From an uncultured archaeon (GTDB lineage: Archaea > Thermoproteota > Nitrososphaeria_A > Caldarchaeales > Calditenuaceae), in NCBI GenBank assembly GCA_938017985.1, contig CALIKS010000001.1:54745-86744 (forward strand): 32,000 nt of DNA, in the 5' to 3' direction. The translations under genes were made by a program, and so were the position numbers. This document shows positions 1 to 8,326 of this stretch, piece by piece (position 1 is the stretch's first letter; each line of letters starts with the position of its first letter). The notes beneath the pieces are model-generated. The model was not told the origin of the DNA and made no database searches. It saw only the letters and a list, made by a program, of their open reading frames with translations.

Positions 1-362
1 CGCTCGCCTCTACCACTTTTCTTAAACATTTTCAATATCTCGTTCCTTGCCTCGGGACCACTCTCCAGCATGGCTAATATCTCGGCTGGACTGACTAATT
101 CGATTTTTCCCATCTGCTGTAATCTTAGAAAGATTATCTCGAGAATCTTCTCAGCTCCCTGCCCAAAAAATGTCTTTAATCCTTGATAAAACCTAGAGGG
201 GTCTTCGTAAAAAGTACCGTAAGGGTCATTTCCCAATATTTTGGTTAGGTGGTACTCAAGTGCTGATAAGCATGTATCACCGAATATTGAATGCAACGCC
301 GACCTTAATGTCTCTTTAACCTTCCTATCGTTAATCAGATTATCAGTTTCATCCACATACAT
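1..362 (-). CDS. Hypothetical protein, N-terminal ~120 aa only (gene runs off the window start)
   Basis: Manual translation of the minus strand from ATG (360-362) is open to position 1: MYVDETDNLINDRKVKETLRSALHSIFGDTCLSALEYHLTKILGNDPYGTFYEDPSRFYQGLKTFFGQGAEKILEIIF... It is absent from the ORF track, presumably because no stop lies in the window. An AT-rich TATA-like element (aatataaaag, ~376-385) sits ~20-25 nt upstream of the ATG. No family assignment that I trust. Confidence 0.5.
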   Translation of the reverse strand, partial: MYVDETDNLINDRKVKETLRSALHSIFGDTCLSALEYHLTKILGNDPYGTFYEDPSRFYQGLKTFFGQGAEKILEIIFLRLQQMGKIELVSPAEILAMLESGPEARNEILKMFKKSGRGE

Positions 363-741
363 TTATACGGGCTCCCAATATAAAAGATTTTTATGACCAA
401 AATCTCATGCAAAGTTGGTTAAGGCTTGGCTTGCAGAGAGAAACCTACCGACCCATTGAAGTCTGATAATGACTGTAAAATATATACATGCGATTAAATG
501 ATATGAATTGAGACTAAATGTAATACATATTATGTGTCATTTCACTTACTCATATGCCCAGCTCACTTCAATTAGGCAGTGAGTCTGAATAGGCTTTCTT
601 TTTCTACTCTCTACGTAGCCTTTTTGGCCATGTATTTATGCATCCAGCTCGGCTGGCAGGGTTGAGGTAAAAAGACTTTACGCATTTCTTCAACGAGCCC
701 AACTCAATGAAATCTCAGAGTAGGCGCCTAAACCTATGGCA

Positions 742-1893
742 TCACGTCAGCGCTGCTCTTTCAGGCGCAGTTAATTCGTAGACTGTCTTGATGAGCCTCC
801 GGTATGCATCCGTCATCTGTATGTTGCGTCTAATCATCATTCTTTCAGCAGTGGCTATCTCTGAGTCTAGGTCTAATGCATAATGTTTACCCTCAGGCGT
901 CAATCCGACAAAGGGCGGAATATCCCTCGAGACTATTCCCATAATCATCGTGAAGCATCCGAGCTTTCTTCCACACATGAGCACTGTTCCGACGGATGTC
1001 CTAGCATGGTCGCCTATAAATTGTCCAAGAAACTGTCTGCCGGATGACACTCTGGTAGACTCTATCTCCACCCTTATTTCTCCATAAGTATTCTTTAGGT
1101 TTGAGCCAACTGTTCCTGCGCCTATGTTTACCCACTCGCCGATCAGTGAATGACCAATGTAGCCGAGGTGTCTCTTATTCGAATATCCAAGAATGATTGT
1201 ATGCTCAATCTCTCCCGCAAGTCTGCACACTGGCCCGGCATATACGTAGGGACCTACCCGTCCACCAAAGACCTCAGTCCCCGCCGACAAGTGACACGGC
1301 CCAACAATGACGGAGCCCGATGAAATCCTACACCGCTCCTCAACCACTATTGGTCCTCGCCTTACATCAAAGACTGTGAAAGGCTCTATCTCAACGTTCT
1401 CAGAGATGTATAGCTGCGAGTCATCGCCAAGCACTGCTACGCGTGGGTCGAGAGGCGGGCCGGACTCCCTCCTAGGCCTCCTAGGCTCCCCCGAATCCAG
1501 CAGCTCCCACGGATAATTATAGAGGTGTTCTCCATCGATTACATATGCAGAGACTTTCGTTGTAAGCTCCTTCAAGAGCATCGATAACTCCTCTACTCTA
1601 TGAATATTCTCGAGGCGCATGCCCCTCAGCCTCGCCGCCATGACTCTCTCATTGTTTAGAAGTATGAATTCCCTGCCCTGCGTCTTCTTTACCAGCCTAT
1701 CAATCACTGAGATGTCCCTGACCAATGCATTTATCATCAATACCTCATCATCGCTGGGCGGAGGCGTGTTGAACTCCATCTCTGGATGCCTCGACTTCTC
1801 CACATCTGCCAAGTAGTTCCTAACGTAGGCCGTGGCTCCCTCATATGCTGCGACCCCGACGATCTGGTCAAGCAGCCTACCCTCCATATTCAT
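742..1893 (-). CDS. GlmU-like sugar nucleotidyl/acyl transferase with a C-terminal left-handed beta-helix (hexapeptide-repeat) domain; the true N-terminus probably lies upstream (to ~1962-1971)
   Basis: 383-aa ORF. The C-terminal half has imperfect hexapeptide repeats (IGHSLIGEWVNIGAGTVGSNL, IGDHARTSVGTVL). In-frame codons 1894-1962 encode VIFEDDSWRNFKPLSITRACFGL, which resembles the N-terminus I recall for this family. It lies directly downstream of a sugar aminotransferase. Confidence 0.8.
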   Translation of the reverse strand: MNMEGRLLDQIVGVAAYEGATAYVRNYLADVEKSRHPEMEFNTPPPSDDEVLMINALVRDISVIDRLVKKTQGREFILLNNERVMAARLRGMRLENIHRVEELSMLLKELTTKVSAYVIDGEHLYNYPWELLDSGEPRRPRRESGPPLDPRVAVLGDDSQLYISENVEIEPFTVFDVRRGPIVVEERCRISSGSVIVGPCHLSAGTEVFGGRVGPYVYAGPVCRLAGEIEHTIILGYSNKRHLGYIGHSLIGEWVNIGAGTVGSNLKNTYGEIRVEIESTRVSSGRQFLGQFIGDHARTSVGTVLMCGRKLGCFTMIMGIVSRDIPPFVGLTPEGKHYALDLDSEIATAERMMIRRNIQMTDAYRRLIKTVYELTAPERAALT

Positions 1894-1971
1894 GAGCCCG
1901 AAGCATGCCCTAGTAATGCTCAGGGGCTTGAAGTTCCTCCACGAATCATCTTCAAAAATTACTAGTTGCAG

Positions 1972-3162
1972 CTACAACTCACCCCTATGCCTCTCAATCT
2001 TTACCAACGCTTGATAAATGTCCATTACGTCCTCCTCGGAGCCTAGGAGAACGTAGTGCGGAAGCCAGAAGACATCCCTGACAGCCGCCTCAGCGTTCCT
2101 CAAAACGCCTAGACCCGAATCTCCACGCCTCGCCTTGAGGTATGAGAGGATTGGTCTATGAAGATGCAAGGGTACAGTGTAGCCTGGACTTGAGGGAATA
2201 CCCTCAGCCCTCAACGCCTCGACTATCCTCCTCTTATCAACACTCCCGAAAAAATCTCTATTAATCCGAATTGGGACGAGGAAGTGATTAACCCTACTCG
2301 CCCATCCAGGCGGAGGTATCAGCTCGAAGCCCTCTAGCTCCCCGCAGAGTCCGGCCAATACTTCATAATTCCTTCTCCTCTTCTCTATCTGTTGGTCAAG
2401 CCTCCTGAGCTGAGCCATCAGTACCGCTGCCTGGAACTCAGTCATCCTATAGTTATAGCCAAGAACCTCATGCTCATACCAGTCACCACTCCTAGTCCTG
2501 CCGACATTTATCAATGACCAGCACTTCTCTGAGAGCTCGTAGCTATTCGTCGTTATTGCGCCGCCCTCTCCGCTTGTCATGACCTTGCTTGACTGGAAGC
2601 TGAAGCATCCGAGGTCTCCTATGCCCCCAACCCTTCTACCCCTCCACTCAGAGCCATGAGCCTGAGCCGCGTCCTCAACCACGAACAATCCATGACTAGT
2701 CGCGATGCGGGAAATGCCGTCCATCTCCGCTGGATAACCCGCGATATGAACAGGCAGAATTGCCCTTGTCCTATCAGTAATTTTCTCCTCGACCGACTGG
2801 GGAGAGATGTTCAGTCCACCCTCCTCGACGTCCGCAAACACTGGAACCGCTCCAAGCTCGATTATGGATGAGGCAGTAGCTATGAATGTGTACGGAGTCG
2901 TTACTACTTCATCGCCATTACCAATGTTTAAGGCCTGGAGAGCCACCTTTATCGCGACCGAGCCATTCATGCAGGCCACGCCATACCTACATCCCTGGTA
3001 GGACGCGAAGAGAGATGCAAATTCCCCGACTTTTTTTCCACCTATTCCCCACTTACCACTCCTGAGAGTCTCCATCAATAGTTCCTCGTCCTCACTATTC
3101 CATACTGGCCACTCTGGGTAGGGCCGAGTCCTAACGCGCTCCCCACCACGTATTGCTAACAT
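1972..3162 (-). CDS. DegT/DnrJ/EryC1/StrS-family PLP-dependent sugar aminotransferase
   Basis: 396-aa ORF with family hallmarks: TPYTFIATASSI, VVEDAAQAHG, and FSFQSSKVMTSGEGG (PLP-lysine context). Confidence 0.9.
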   Translation of the reverse strand: MLAIRGGERVRTRPYPEWPVWNSEDEELLMETLRSGKWGIGGKKVGEFASLFASYQGCRYGVACMNGSVAIKVALQALNIGNGDEVVTTPYTFIATASSIIELGAVPVFADVEEGGLNISPQSVEEKITDRTRAILPVHIAGYPAEMDGISRIATSHGLFVVEDAAQAHGSEWRGRRVGGIGDLGCFSFQSSKVMTSGEGGAITTNSYELSEKCWSLINVGRTRSGDWYEHEVLGYNYRMTEFQAAVLMAQLRRLDQQIEKRRRNYEVLAGLCGELEGFELIPPPGWASRVNHFLVPIRINRDFFGSVDKRRIVEALRAEGIPSSPGYTVPLHLHRPILSYLKARRGDSGLGVLRNAEAAVRDVFWLPHYVLLGSEEDVMDIYQALVKIERHRGEL

Positions 3163-3211
3163 TGTCTAGAAATATGAATAACTCGTCATCTAAATGGTTT
3201 GCTATCTCTAT

Positions 3212-5281
3212 TTAGGCTAAACCACTCCTAAACACTACCTCGATCATTCTGGTAGATATTCTAAGCGGAGTAAACGGCTTCCCAGAGCCGTCGTAAAACT
3301 TAGTGAAGAACTCGTATAGATGAAGCCTAAGCGCCTGGATAAAGGCAAGAGTCCCCTCGAGTCCGAGTATACCTATGTTTCCAACGATGAGTATTGGCAG
3401 AGAAGCCCAGCCGAGCCCGTTCCAAGCAGCGTTAACCAGCATCATCAAGACCACGTGAATCACCAGCAGTATCGAGACTCTGAGATAGCTGAGCGAGTTA
3501 GACATGAAGTGTATGATGTTCTCGAGGACTTCAAGCAGCCCTCCGCCCATAGCCGAGACCAACGAGACTCTCGGACCTATCCCGACCATCCCGGCGACTA
3601 GCTTGCCGAAGAGCAAGACGAAGATGCATCCGACCACTCCGTAAAGACCGGTGAGTCCCACCTGACTTGACGGCAAGCCAATCAGGGGAGCTGGAGAGGT
3701 ACTGGTGAAGAGTGCGTCAAAGCTTCCAGCACCGATGAATCCGAGGACGAACAATATTCCGAACACGTACATAAGGACCGCGCTTATCTTTGAGAAGACA
3801 GCCTCAGCGATCTCTCTCAACTTGAAGAGCTTTATCGCTCCGAGTATCAATCCAGTCGCGACGTGGACAAAGCCTAGCAGCGGGGCATAAGAGAAGAGAA
3901 GGATGACGCCATCACGGTTAAGGGAGGCCGCATCGCCGTGATGCTCGACGAGCTCTATCAATGGCTTAATGCCGGTGAGTCCTGAGAGTTTGAACCCGAA
4001 CGCCTCCTGTATGAGGAAGCCGCATATAGATGCAGAGACTCCGAGGAAGAGTAGGAGCTTACCCCAAGTCCTTAGCCCACCCTTAGCCCGCATATAGATT
4101 AAGAGGCCGAGGATTGCTAGGATCAATCCCTGACCTAGGTCCGCAGCCATGATTCCGTAAAATACAGCCAAGAAGACAGAAACAAAGGGTGTTGGGTCCA
4201 CCTCGAAGTAACTAGGCGTGCCCTGCATCTCGACTATCGGCCTATAGGCATCGAAGTACCAGTTATGTCTAAGAAGGGTCGGCGTGCTTTCCTGGCGCCC
4301 GTGGTGGGGAGGCTCAGGCTCTGAGAACTCGACATACCCGACATCTCCAACAGCCCTGAGTAGCTCGTCTCTCTTCGTGCTCGGAATGTATCCAATAAAC
4401 ACTGCGGTCCTCTTGTATCTTCCCCTCAGCTTGTCGAGTGATTCCTTAAGAAGGGAGGCCGCGTCTCTCAGCGCGTATATCCGTTGCCCCTCCCTTGAGA
4501 CTAGCTCTTCGAGGGTCTTCAAGATATTCATCCTCCTCTCCTTCAGCTCGGTTATCCTCTCCTCGGCGAATTTAAGAGCCTCGGTCGGCGTCGCTAATAG
4601 TTCTCCGGGCGCCTCAACCCTCTTCAGGTTATAGCTCTTAGCAATCTTCTCAACCCTCTCAGTGTCAATAGACCTACTTATGATTAGCAGTATCGCATTT
4701 GTCCGGTCTAAAGGCAGAATCTTCATGAATGCTTGGTCAAGCGTCTTCCTGACCTCTGGAATATCTCTGGTTTGAGCTAGATATATCGAGACGTTGAAGC
4801 GCCTTAATTTTCTCAGGCCTGAATAGTCTAGACCGGTCTTTACGAATAATCTTAGTGTTGCTGCTTCTCTCTCAGCCTCCTGCAGTGCTTTATCAATCTC
4901 AGCCAACTCTTTTCGAGACGACCTGACGATGTTCAGTATCTTATTTGCCTCCGCCTCTATCTTCTCTACCAGCTCGCTCATCCCGCTGACGGTTAAGGAG
5001 TGCCTCTCAACCTTCTCTCCCTTAAGCAGTATATCTATGACTCCCTGACTGGTCGTTATGTCAAGGTCCATAACGACTGCCTCGAGCTCATTATAGATAT
5101 CCCTCACACGAGTATAGAGTTCATTAATGATTTCTAGGCGCTTCTCGTTTTCATTGCTCTCGAGGTGAAACTCTCCGAACCTGTATAGACGCTCAAGCAG
5201 CTCCTTTGTCATCGACCTCGGACAGACGACGACCGTCTTCACAAGCTTCACAATCGTCATCAGGACTTCCGCCTGCTTCAA
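3212..5281 (-). CDS. atpI: A/V-type ATP synthase subunit I (membrane stator/proton channel subunit)
   Basis: 689-aa ORF. A coiled-coil-rich soluble N-terminal half is followed by multiple TM helices. NSLSYLRVSILLVIHVVL carries the conserved S-Y-L-R arginine motif of subunit I/a. The track start is TTG at 5281; ATG at 5258-5260 (MTIVKLVK...) is an alternative start. Confidence 0.92.
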   Translation of the reverse strand: MKQAEVLMTIVKLVKTVVVCPRSMTKELLERLYRFGEFHLESNENEKRLEIINELYTRVRDIYNELEAVVMDLDITTSQGVIDILLKGEKVERHSLTVSGMSELVEKIEAEANKILNIVRSSRKELAEIDKALQEAEREAATLRLFVKTGLDYSGLRKLRRFNVSIYLAQTRDIPEVRKTLDQAFMKILPLDRTNAILLIISRSIDTERVEKIAKSYNLKRVEAPGELLATPTEALKFAEERITELKERRMNILKTLEELVSREGQRIYALRDAASLLKESLDKLRGRYKRTAVFIGYIPSTKRDELLRAVGDVGYVEFSEPEPPHHGRQESTPTLLRHNWYFDAYRPIVEMQGTPSYFEVDPTPFVSVFLAVFYGIMAADLGQGLILAILGLLIYMRAKGGLRTWGKLLLFLGVSASICGFLIQEAFGFKLSGLTGIKPLIELVEHHGDAASLNRDGVILLFSYAPLLGFVHVATGLILGAIKLFKLREIAEAVFSKISAVLMYVFGILFVLGFIGAGSFDALFTSTSPAPLIGLPSSQVGLTGLYGVVGCIFVLLFGKLVAGMVGIGPRVSLVSAMGGGLLEVLENIIHFMSNSLSYLRVSILLVIHVVLMMLVNAAWNGLGWASLPILIVGNIGILGLEGTLAFIQALRLHLYEFFTKFYDGSGKPFTPLRISTRMIEVVFRSGLA

Positions 5282-5364
5282 AGACTATTAATCAAAATTC
5301 TGTTAATATATTCTTCCAAAGACCGGGAAAAGACTAAAAACAAGTCATAAATTAATCAATGATT

Positions 5365-5437
5365 GGGCCCGTAGCTCAGATGGTAGAGCGGCGGGCTGTT
5401 AACCCGTAGGTCGTGGGTTCGAGTCCCACCGGGCCCG
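5365..5437 (+). tRNA. tRNA-Asn (anticodon GTT), 73 nt, no intron, CCA not encoded
   Basis: Hand-folded cloverleaf: acceptor GGGCCCG/CGGGCCC, D stem GCTC/GAGC, anticodon stem GCGGG/CCCGT with loop CTGTTAA, T arm GTGGG-TTCGAGT-CCCAC, discriminator G. TATA-like ataaattaat lies ~10-20 nt upstream. Confidence 0.95.
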
Positions 5438-5566
5438 TCTTATGGAGCTCGCTTTATGGCCAAGTAATCCCGACGAATCTGCAGATTAATCATTAGCTCA
5501 TGATTGTGCTGTCAGTCGCTTTCTAGAGAGCTGTAACGCTAATCTTTAACCATCATCCATTGTGAT

Positions 5567-6955
5567 GTGTCGATGTCTAATGACGTGGTCTTGAGGCACT
5601 ACCTCAGGGAGGACGTACAGGCTGAGGTTTCTAAGTTCTGCAGGGACAGATGGGTAGCCATAGAGACTGCATCAAGCATAGGAAAAAGAATATTCTATAG
5701 ATACATAAACGATAAGCCTTTAACAATCAAGGAACCAGCAGACATAAAGAGGCTGATAAACAAGCTGGGCAAGAGGCAGATCAGGACGATCTATGGCTCA
5801 GCCAATATTTACAGGAGCCTATTAGCTAGGACTGACGTGAATGATAGAGAAAACATCTTAAAGGTCACGCCGACGATAGACATAGACTGCTCATTAGGGG
5901 AGGTCGACTTAGCGGTCGATGCCGCGAGAATCATAATCAACGAGCTAAACAGGCATGGAGTGGAGCATTCAATCTACGTCGTATGGTCGGGAAGAGGCCT
6001 GCATATCCACCTCAACGAGAATGCAATAAGCGATGCATACTGGAGGAGCGGCCCCATCGAGCTCGGATACACAGTCGTAGAGTATATCCTCAGACAAGTC
6101 AGGAAGGAGCTGGCAGAGAAATGTGCCGAATCAATCGATGCGCAGCGAAAGCTCAAGGTCGAGAACTTAATGGATATCCAGAGAGTATTTACCTCTCCTC
6201 TCAGCATACATAGAGAGCTCGACATAGTAGCAGTAACAATTAACCCGGACGAGCTAGAGAATTTCAGCCTGGACTGGATAGGCATCGAGAATTTCAGATA
6301 CTGGAAAGAGTGGGACAGGGCAGTAGAGGGAGAAGCTGACGAATTAGTTGAGAAGGCATTAAGGACAATTAGTCATGAAGAGAGGGCTCGGACAAAGATA
6401 GGGAATCAAGAGCCGCTAGAGTCCAAACCCCCAATCAGGCAGCCCTCCACATCGCTACACGGAGTAGGTAGGTTCCAGATAATGGCTCTGCTCCAAGCAG
6501 CTAGGCACTACCTAATCAGGGGAGACATTCAGCTGGCAAAGTCCTTCGGGCTGAACAGGGCCATCTTCTATGCATGGGCAAAGAAGAGAGGAGTAGCAGC
6601 CACGAGCAGGAGGAGATTGGAGGCAAGACCACTCGCCACTGCCTCAAGAGCCGAGACAAATGAGATAGAGGAGAAGATAGGCGACGAAGTTGCATATAGA
6701 CGTGTAGGTGGATGGTACGTAATCGGTGGAGAGCAGCAGAGACCAGAAGACTTTGACAGGCAAATAGTCAGTAGGCTCGGAGGGCAGAAGAACTTTCAGG
6801 AATACTGGAACTCGGCGCTGAAATATCTTCAGAGATTTCCGAGAGAGGTCCTCGAGAGTCAGAGAGAATTCTTCGAGAAGATCTATCTACCGGTAAGGGA
6901 CAATCCGGAGAAGATTTTCGGGAAGGAGGATAATGCTTCATCAAGCAGTGGCTGA
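5567..6955 (+). CDS. Archaeo-eukaryotic primase (AEP) superfamily protein, PriS-like catalytic core plus an uncharacterised C-terminal extension
   Basis: 462-aa ORF. AEP motif I is TIDIDC (D105/D107, nt 5879-5887). Motif II is WSGRGLHIHL (nt ~5987-6004). Motif III-like is MDIQRVFTSPLSIH (nt ~6173-6211). The N-terminal RDRWVAIE...IRTIYGSANIY resembles the PriS N-terminal region. No Cys-rich zinc knuckle lies between motifs I and II. Residues ~270-462 are Cys-free. Confidence 0.7.
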   Translation: MSMSNDVVLRHYLREDVQAEVSKFCRDRWVAIETASSIGKRIFYRYINDKPLTIKEPADIKRLINKLGKRQIRTIYGSANIYRSLLARTDVNDRENILKVTPTIDIDCSLGEVDLAVDAARIIINELNRHGVEHSIYVVWSGRGLHIHLNENAISDAYWRSGPIELGYTVVEYILRQVRKELAEKCAESIDAQRKLKVENLMDIQRVFTSPLSIHRELDIVAVTINPDELENFSLDWIGIENFRYWKEWDRAVEGEADELVEKALRTISHEERARTKIGNQEPLESKPPIRQPSTSLHGVGRFQIMALLQAARHYLIRGDIQLAKSFGLNRAIFYAWAKKRGVAATSRRRLEARPLATASRAETNEIEEKIGDEVAYRRVGGWYVIGGEQQRPEDFDRQIVSRLGGQKNFQEYWNSALKYLQRFPREVLESQREFFEKIYLPVRDNPEKIFGKEDNASSSSG

Positions 6956-8188
6956 CGTCTTTGCTTTCTCATCAATGTATGCCTCAATGATGATTCTAGC
7001 TATCTTGCTCTTCGGCGCCACAGGCGTCTTGATTATTTTCCCAGATGCAGTCACTATTATCACTTCGTTAAGGTCGGAGCCAAAGCCAACGTCCCCCCTC
7101 GAGACATCGTTGATGACGACCATCATGACGCCCGCCTCGGATTGTAGCCTCCTAAACTCAGATAGCGGGTCCTCAACAGGGCCATAAACGGCCCTAAACG
7201 CGATAATATCGACATCGGCGCTCGTCTTTCTAAGCTCTTGAATCGCCTTCTCAGTCCTTACGAGCTCGATGTTTAGGGACTCTAATGTACGGCTCTCTAA
7301 TTTACCAGCTATACGCTCCTTAGGTCTAAAATCAGTCACAGCAGCGGTTGCAAAGACCGCGTCTGGACTTATCCTCAGCGCCTCCTCGACTAGCTTTGAT
7401 GAAAGCTCCTCTGCAGAAGTGATTTTAATTGTCCTTAACCCGCGTGGTAACCTCTCGGAGACAGGCCCATGAATGAGCGTCACTTCTCCGCCAAGCCTCT
7501 TTAGATGCTTCGCAATCTCTATACCCATCTTCCCGGAGCTGGCATTTGTGATGAACCTAACATCATCGATGCTCTCCCTTGTTGGGCCAGCAGTAACTAT
7601 GAATCTTCTGCCGCTCAATTGTTTAGGAGTTAGCGCATCAATAACGACCTCTAAAATCTCTTCCGGGGGGAGAAGTTTTGCCTTCCCCTCCTCAATCATC
7701 GGCTCCACAATCTTGATTCCTGCTTCCTTCAAAATCTTAATCGCCCTCGAAAGTATGGGATTATAGATCATGGAGTCATGCGCAGCCGGAACGATGATGA
7801 CGGGAATTCCTGCACCCAAGGCGCATGATGCTAGCAACGTAACTGCGTTGTCTGAAATTCCACTCGCGATCTTAGCAATAGTGTTAGCAGTGGCCGGAGC
7901 TATTAATACTAAGTCGACTCTCCCCCTTGACTCGGTGAGCATGACATGCTCTATCTTTCCCGTAACCTCAACGATGGCGTCATTCTCAGTCGCCCACCTC
8001 ATTATCTCAGGACTAATCATCCTCGCAGCATCCCTCGTCATGACTGGGATTACGTCTGCTCCATGCCTAATCAAGACTCGAGCAATGTCTGGAGCCCTGT
8101 AACAAGACACGCTCGAAGTGATGCAGAGAGCGACTCGCCTATCCCTCAGCTCATCGCCCCAGCTCCCCCTAATCTCTGCCAAAGACAT
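6941..8188 (-). CDS. coaBC: Bifunctional phosphopantothenoylcysteine decarboxylase / phosphopantothenate-cysteine ligase
   Basis: 415-aa ORF. The N-terminal flavoprotein domain is RVALCITSSVSCYRAPDIARVLIRHGADVIPVMT. The C-terminal CoaB domain is FIVTAGPTRESIDDVRFITNASSGKMG. Confidence 0.93.
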   Translation of the reverse strand: MSLAEIRGSWGDELRDRRVALCITSSVSCYRAPDIARVLIRHGADVIPVMTRDAARMISPEIMRWATENDAIVEVTGKIEHVMLTESRGRVDLVLIAPATANTIAKIASGISDNAVTLLASCALGAGIPVIIVPAAHDSMIYNPILSRAIKILKEAGIKIVEPMIEEGKAKLLPPEEILEVVIDALTPKQLSGRRFIVTAGPTRESIDDVRFITNASSGKMGIEIAKHLKRLGGEVTLIHGPVSERLPRGLRTIKITSAEELSSKLVEEALRISPDAVFATAAVTDFRPKERIAGKLESRTLESLNIELVRTEKAIQELRKTSADVDIIAFRAVYGPVEDPLSEFRRLQSEAGVMMVVINDVSRGDVGFGSDLNEVIIVTASGKIIKTPVAPKSKIARIIIEAYIDEKAKTSATA

Positions 8189-8254
8189 CTACGTCGAGGC
8201 TTATCACTAACTAGGAAATAAAGATGTTGAGAAATTTCTTTCTCGGTAAGGATT

Positions 8255-8326
8255 AGCCCCGGGCGGGGGTCGAACCCGCGACCTGCCGCTTACAAGGCGG
8301 CCGCTCTACCACTGAGCTACCGGGGC
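8255..8326 (-). tRNA. tRNA-Thr (anticodon TGT), 72 nt, no intron, CCA not encoded
   Basis: The reverse complement folds as acceptor GCCCCGG/CCGGGGC, D stem GCTC/GAGC, anticodon stem GCCGC/GCGGC with loop CTTGTAA, T arm GCGGG-TTCGACC-CCCGC, discriminator T. On its strand a TATA-like cctaaaatac lies ~25-33 nt upstream (plus coordinates ~8351-8360). Confidence 0.93.

Noticed and set aside
470-600. A C/D-box sRNA in the long spacer (aaatgatatga ... gagtctgaatagg; gtctgataatgac).
   Set aside because: There is no canonical RUGAUGA C box. The putative box spacing (~90 nt) is too long for archaeal C/D sRNAs, and there is no terminal stem. This is weak pattern matching only.
1972-1974. Pyrrolysine decoding of the in-frame TAG between the aminotransferase and the transferase.
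   Set aside because: No pyl genes or PYLIS-like context are visible. The inferred lineage (a hyperthermophilic crenarchaeote-like organism) is not known to use Pyl. The aminotransferase C-terminus looks complete at this stop. It is retained only as a generic read-through or reinitiation possibility in the findings.
1307-8221. Many 60-116-aa ORFs lie on the strand opposite long genes (for example 1307-1516, 1619-1816, 2656-3001, 3320-3601, 4284-4634, 7269-8221). Similar ones occur later (12361-12820, 19530-20216, 23920-26049, 28654-28944).
   Set aside because: All are fully nested antisense to well-supported conserved genes. Their translations are low-complexity (Ser/Leu/Pro/Thr-rich) with no recognisable motifs. 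They lack plausible promoter geometry. These are typical shadow ORFs generated by the codon bias of the real gene.
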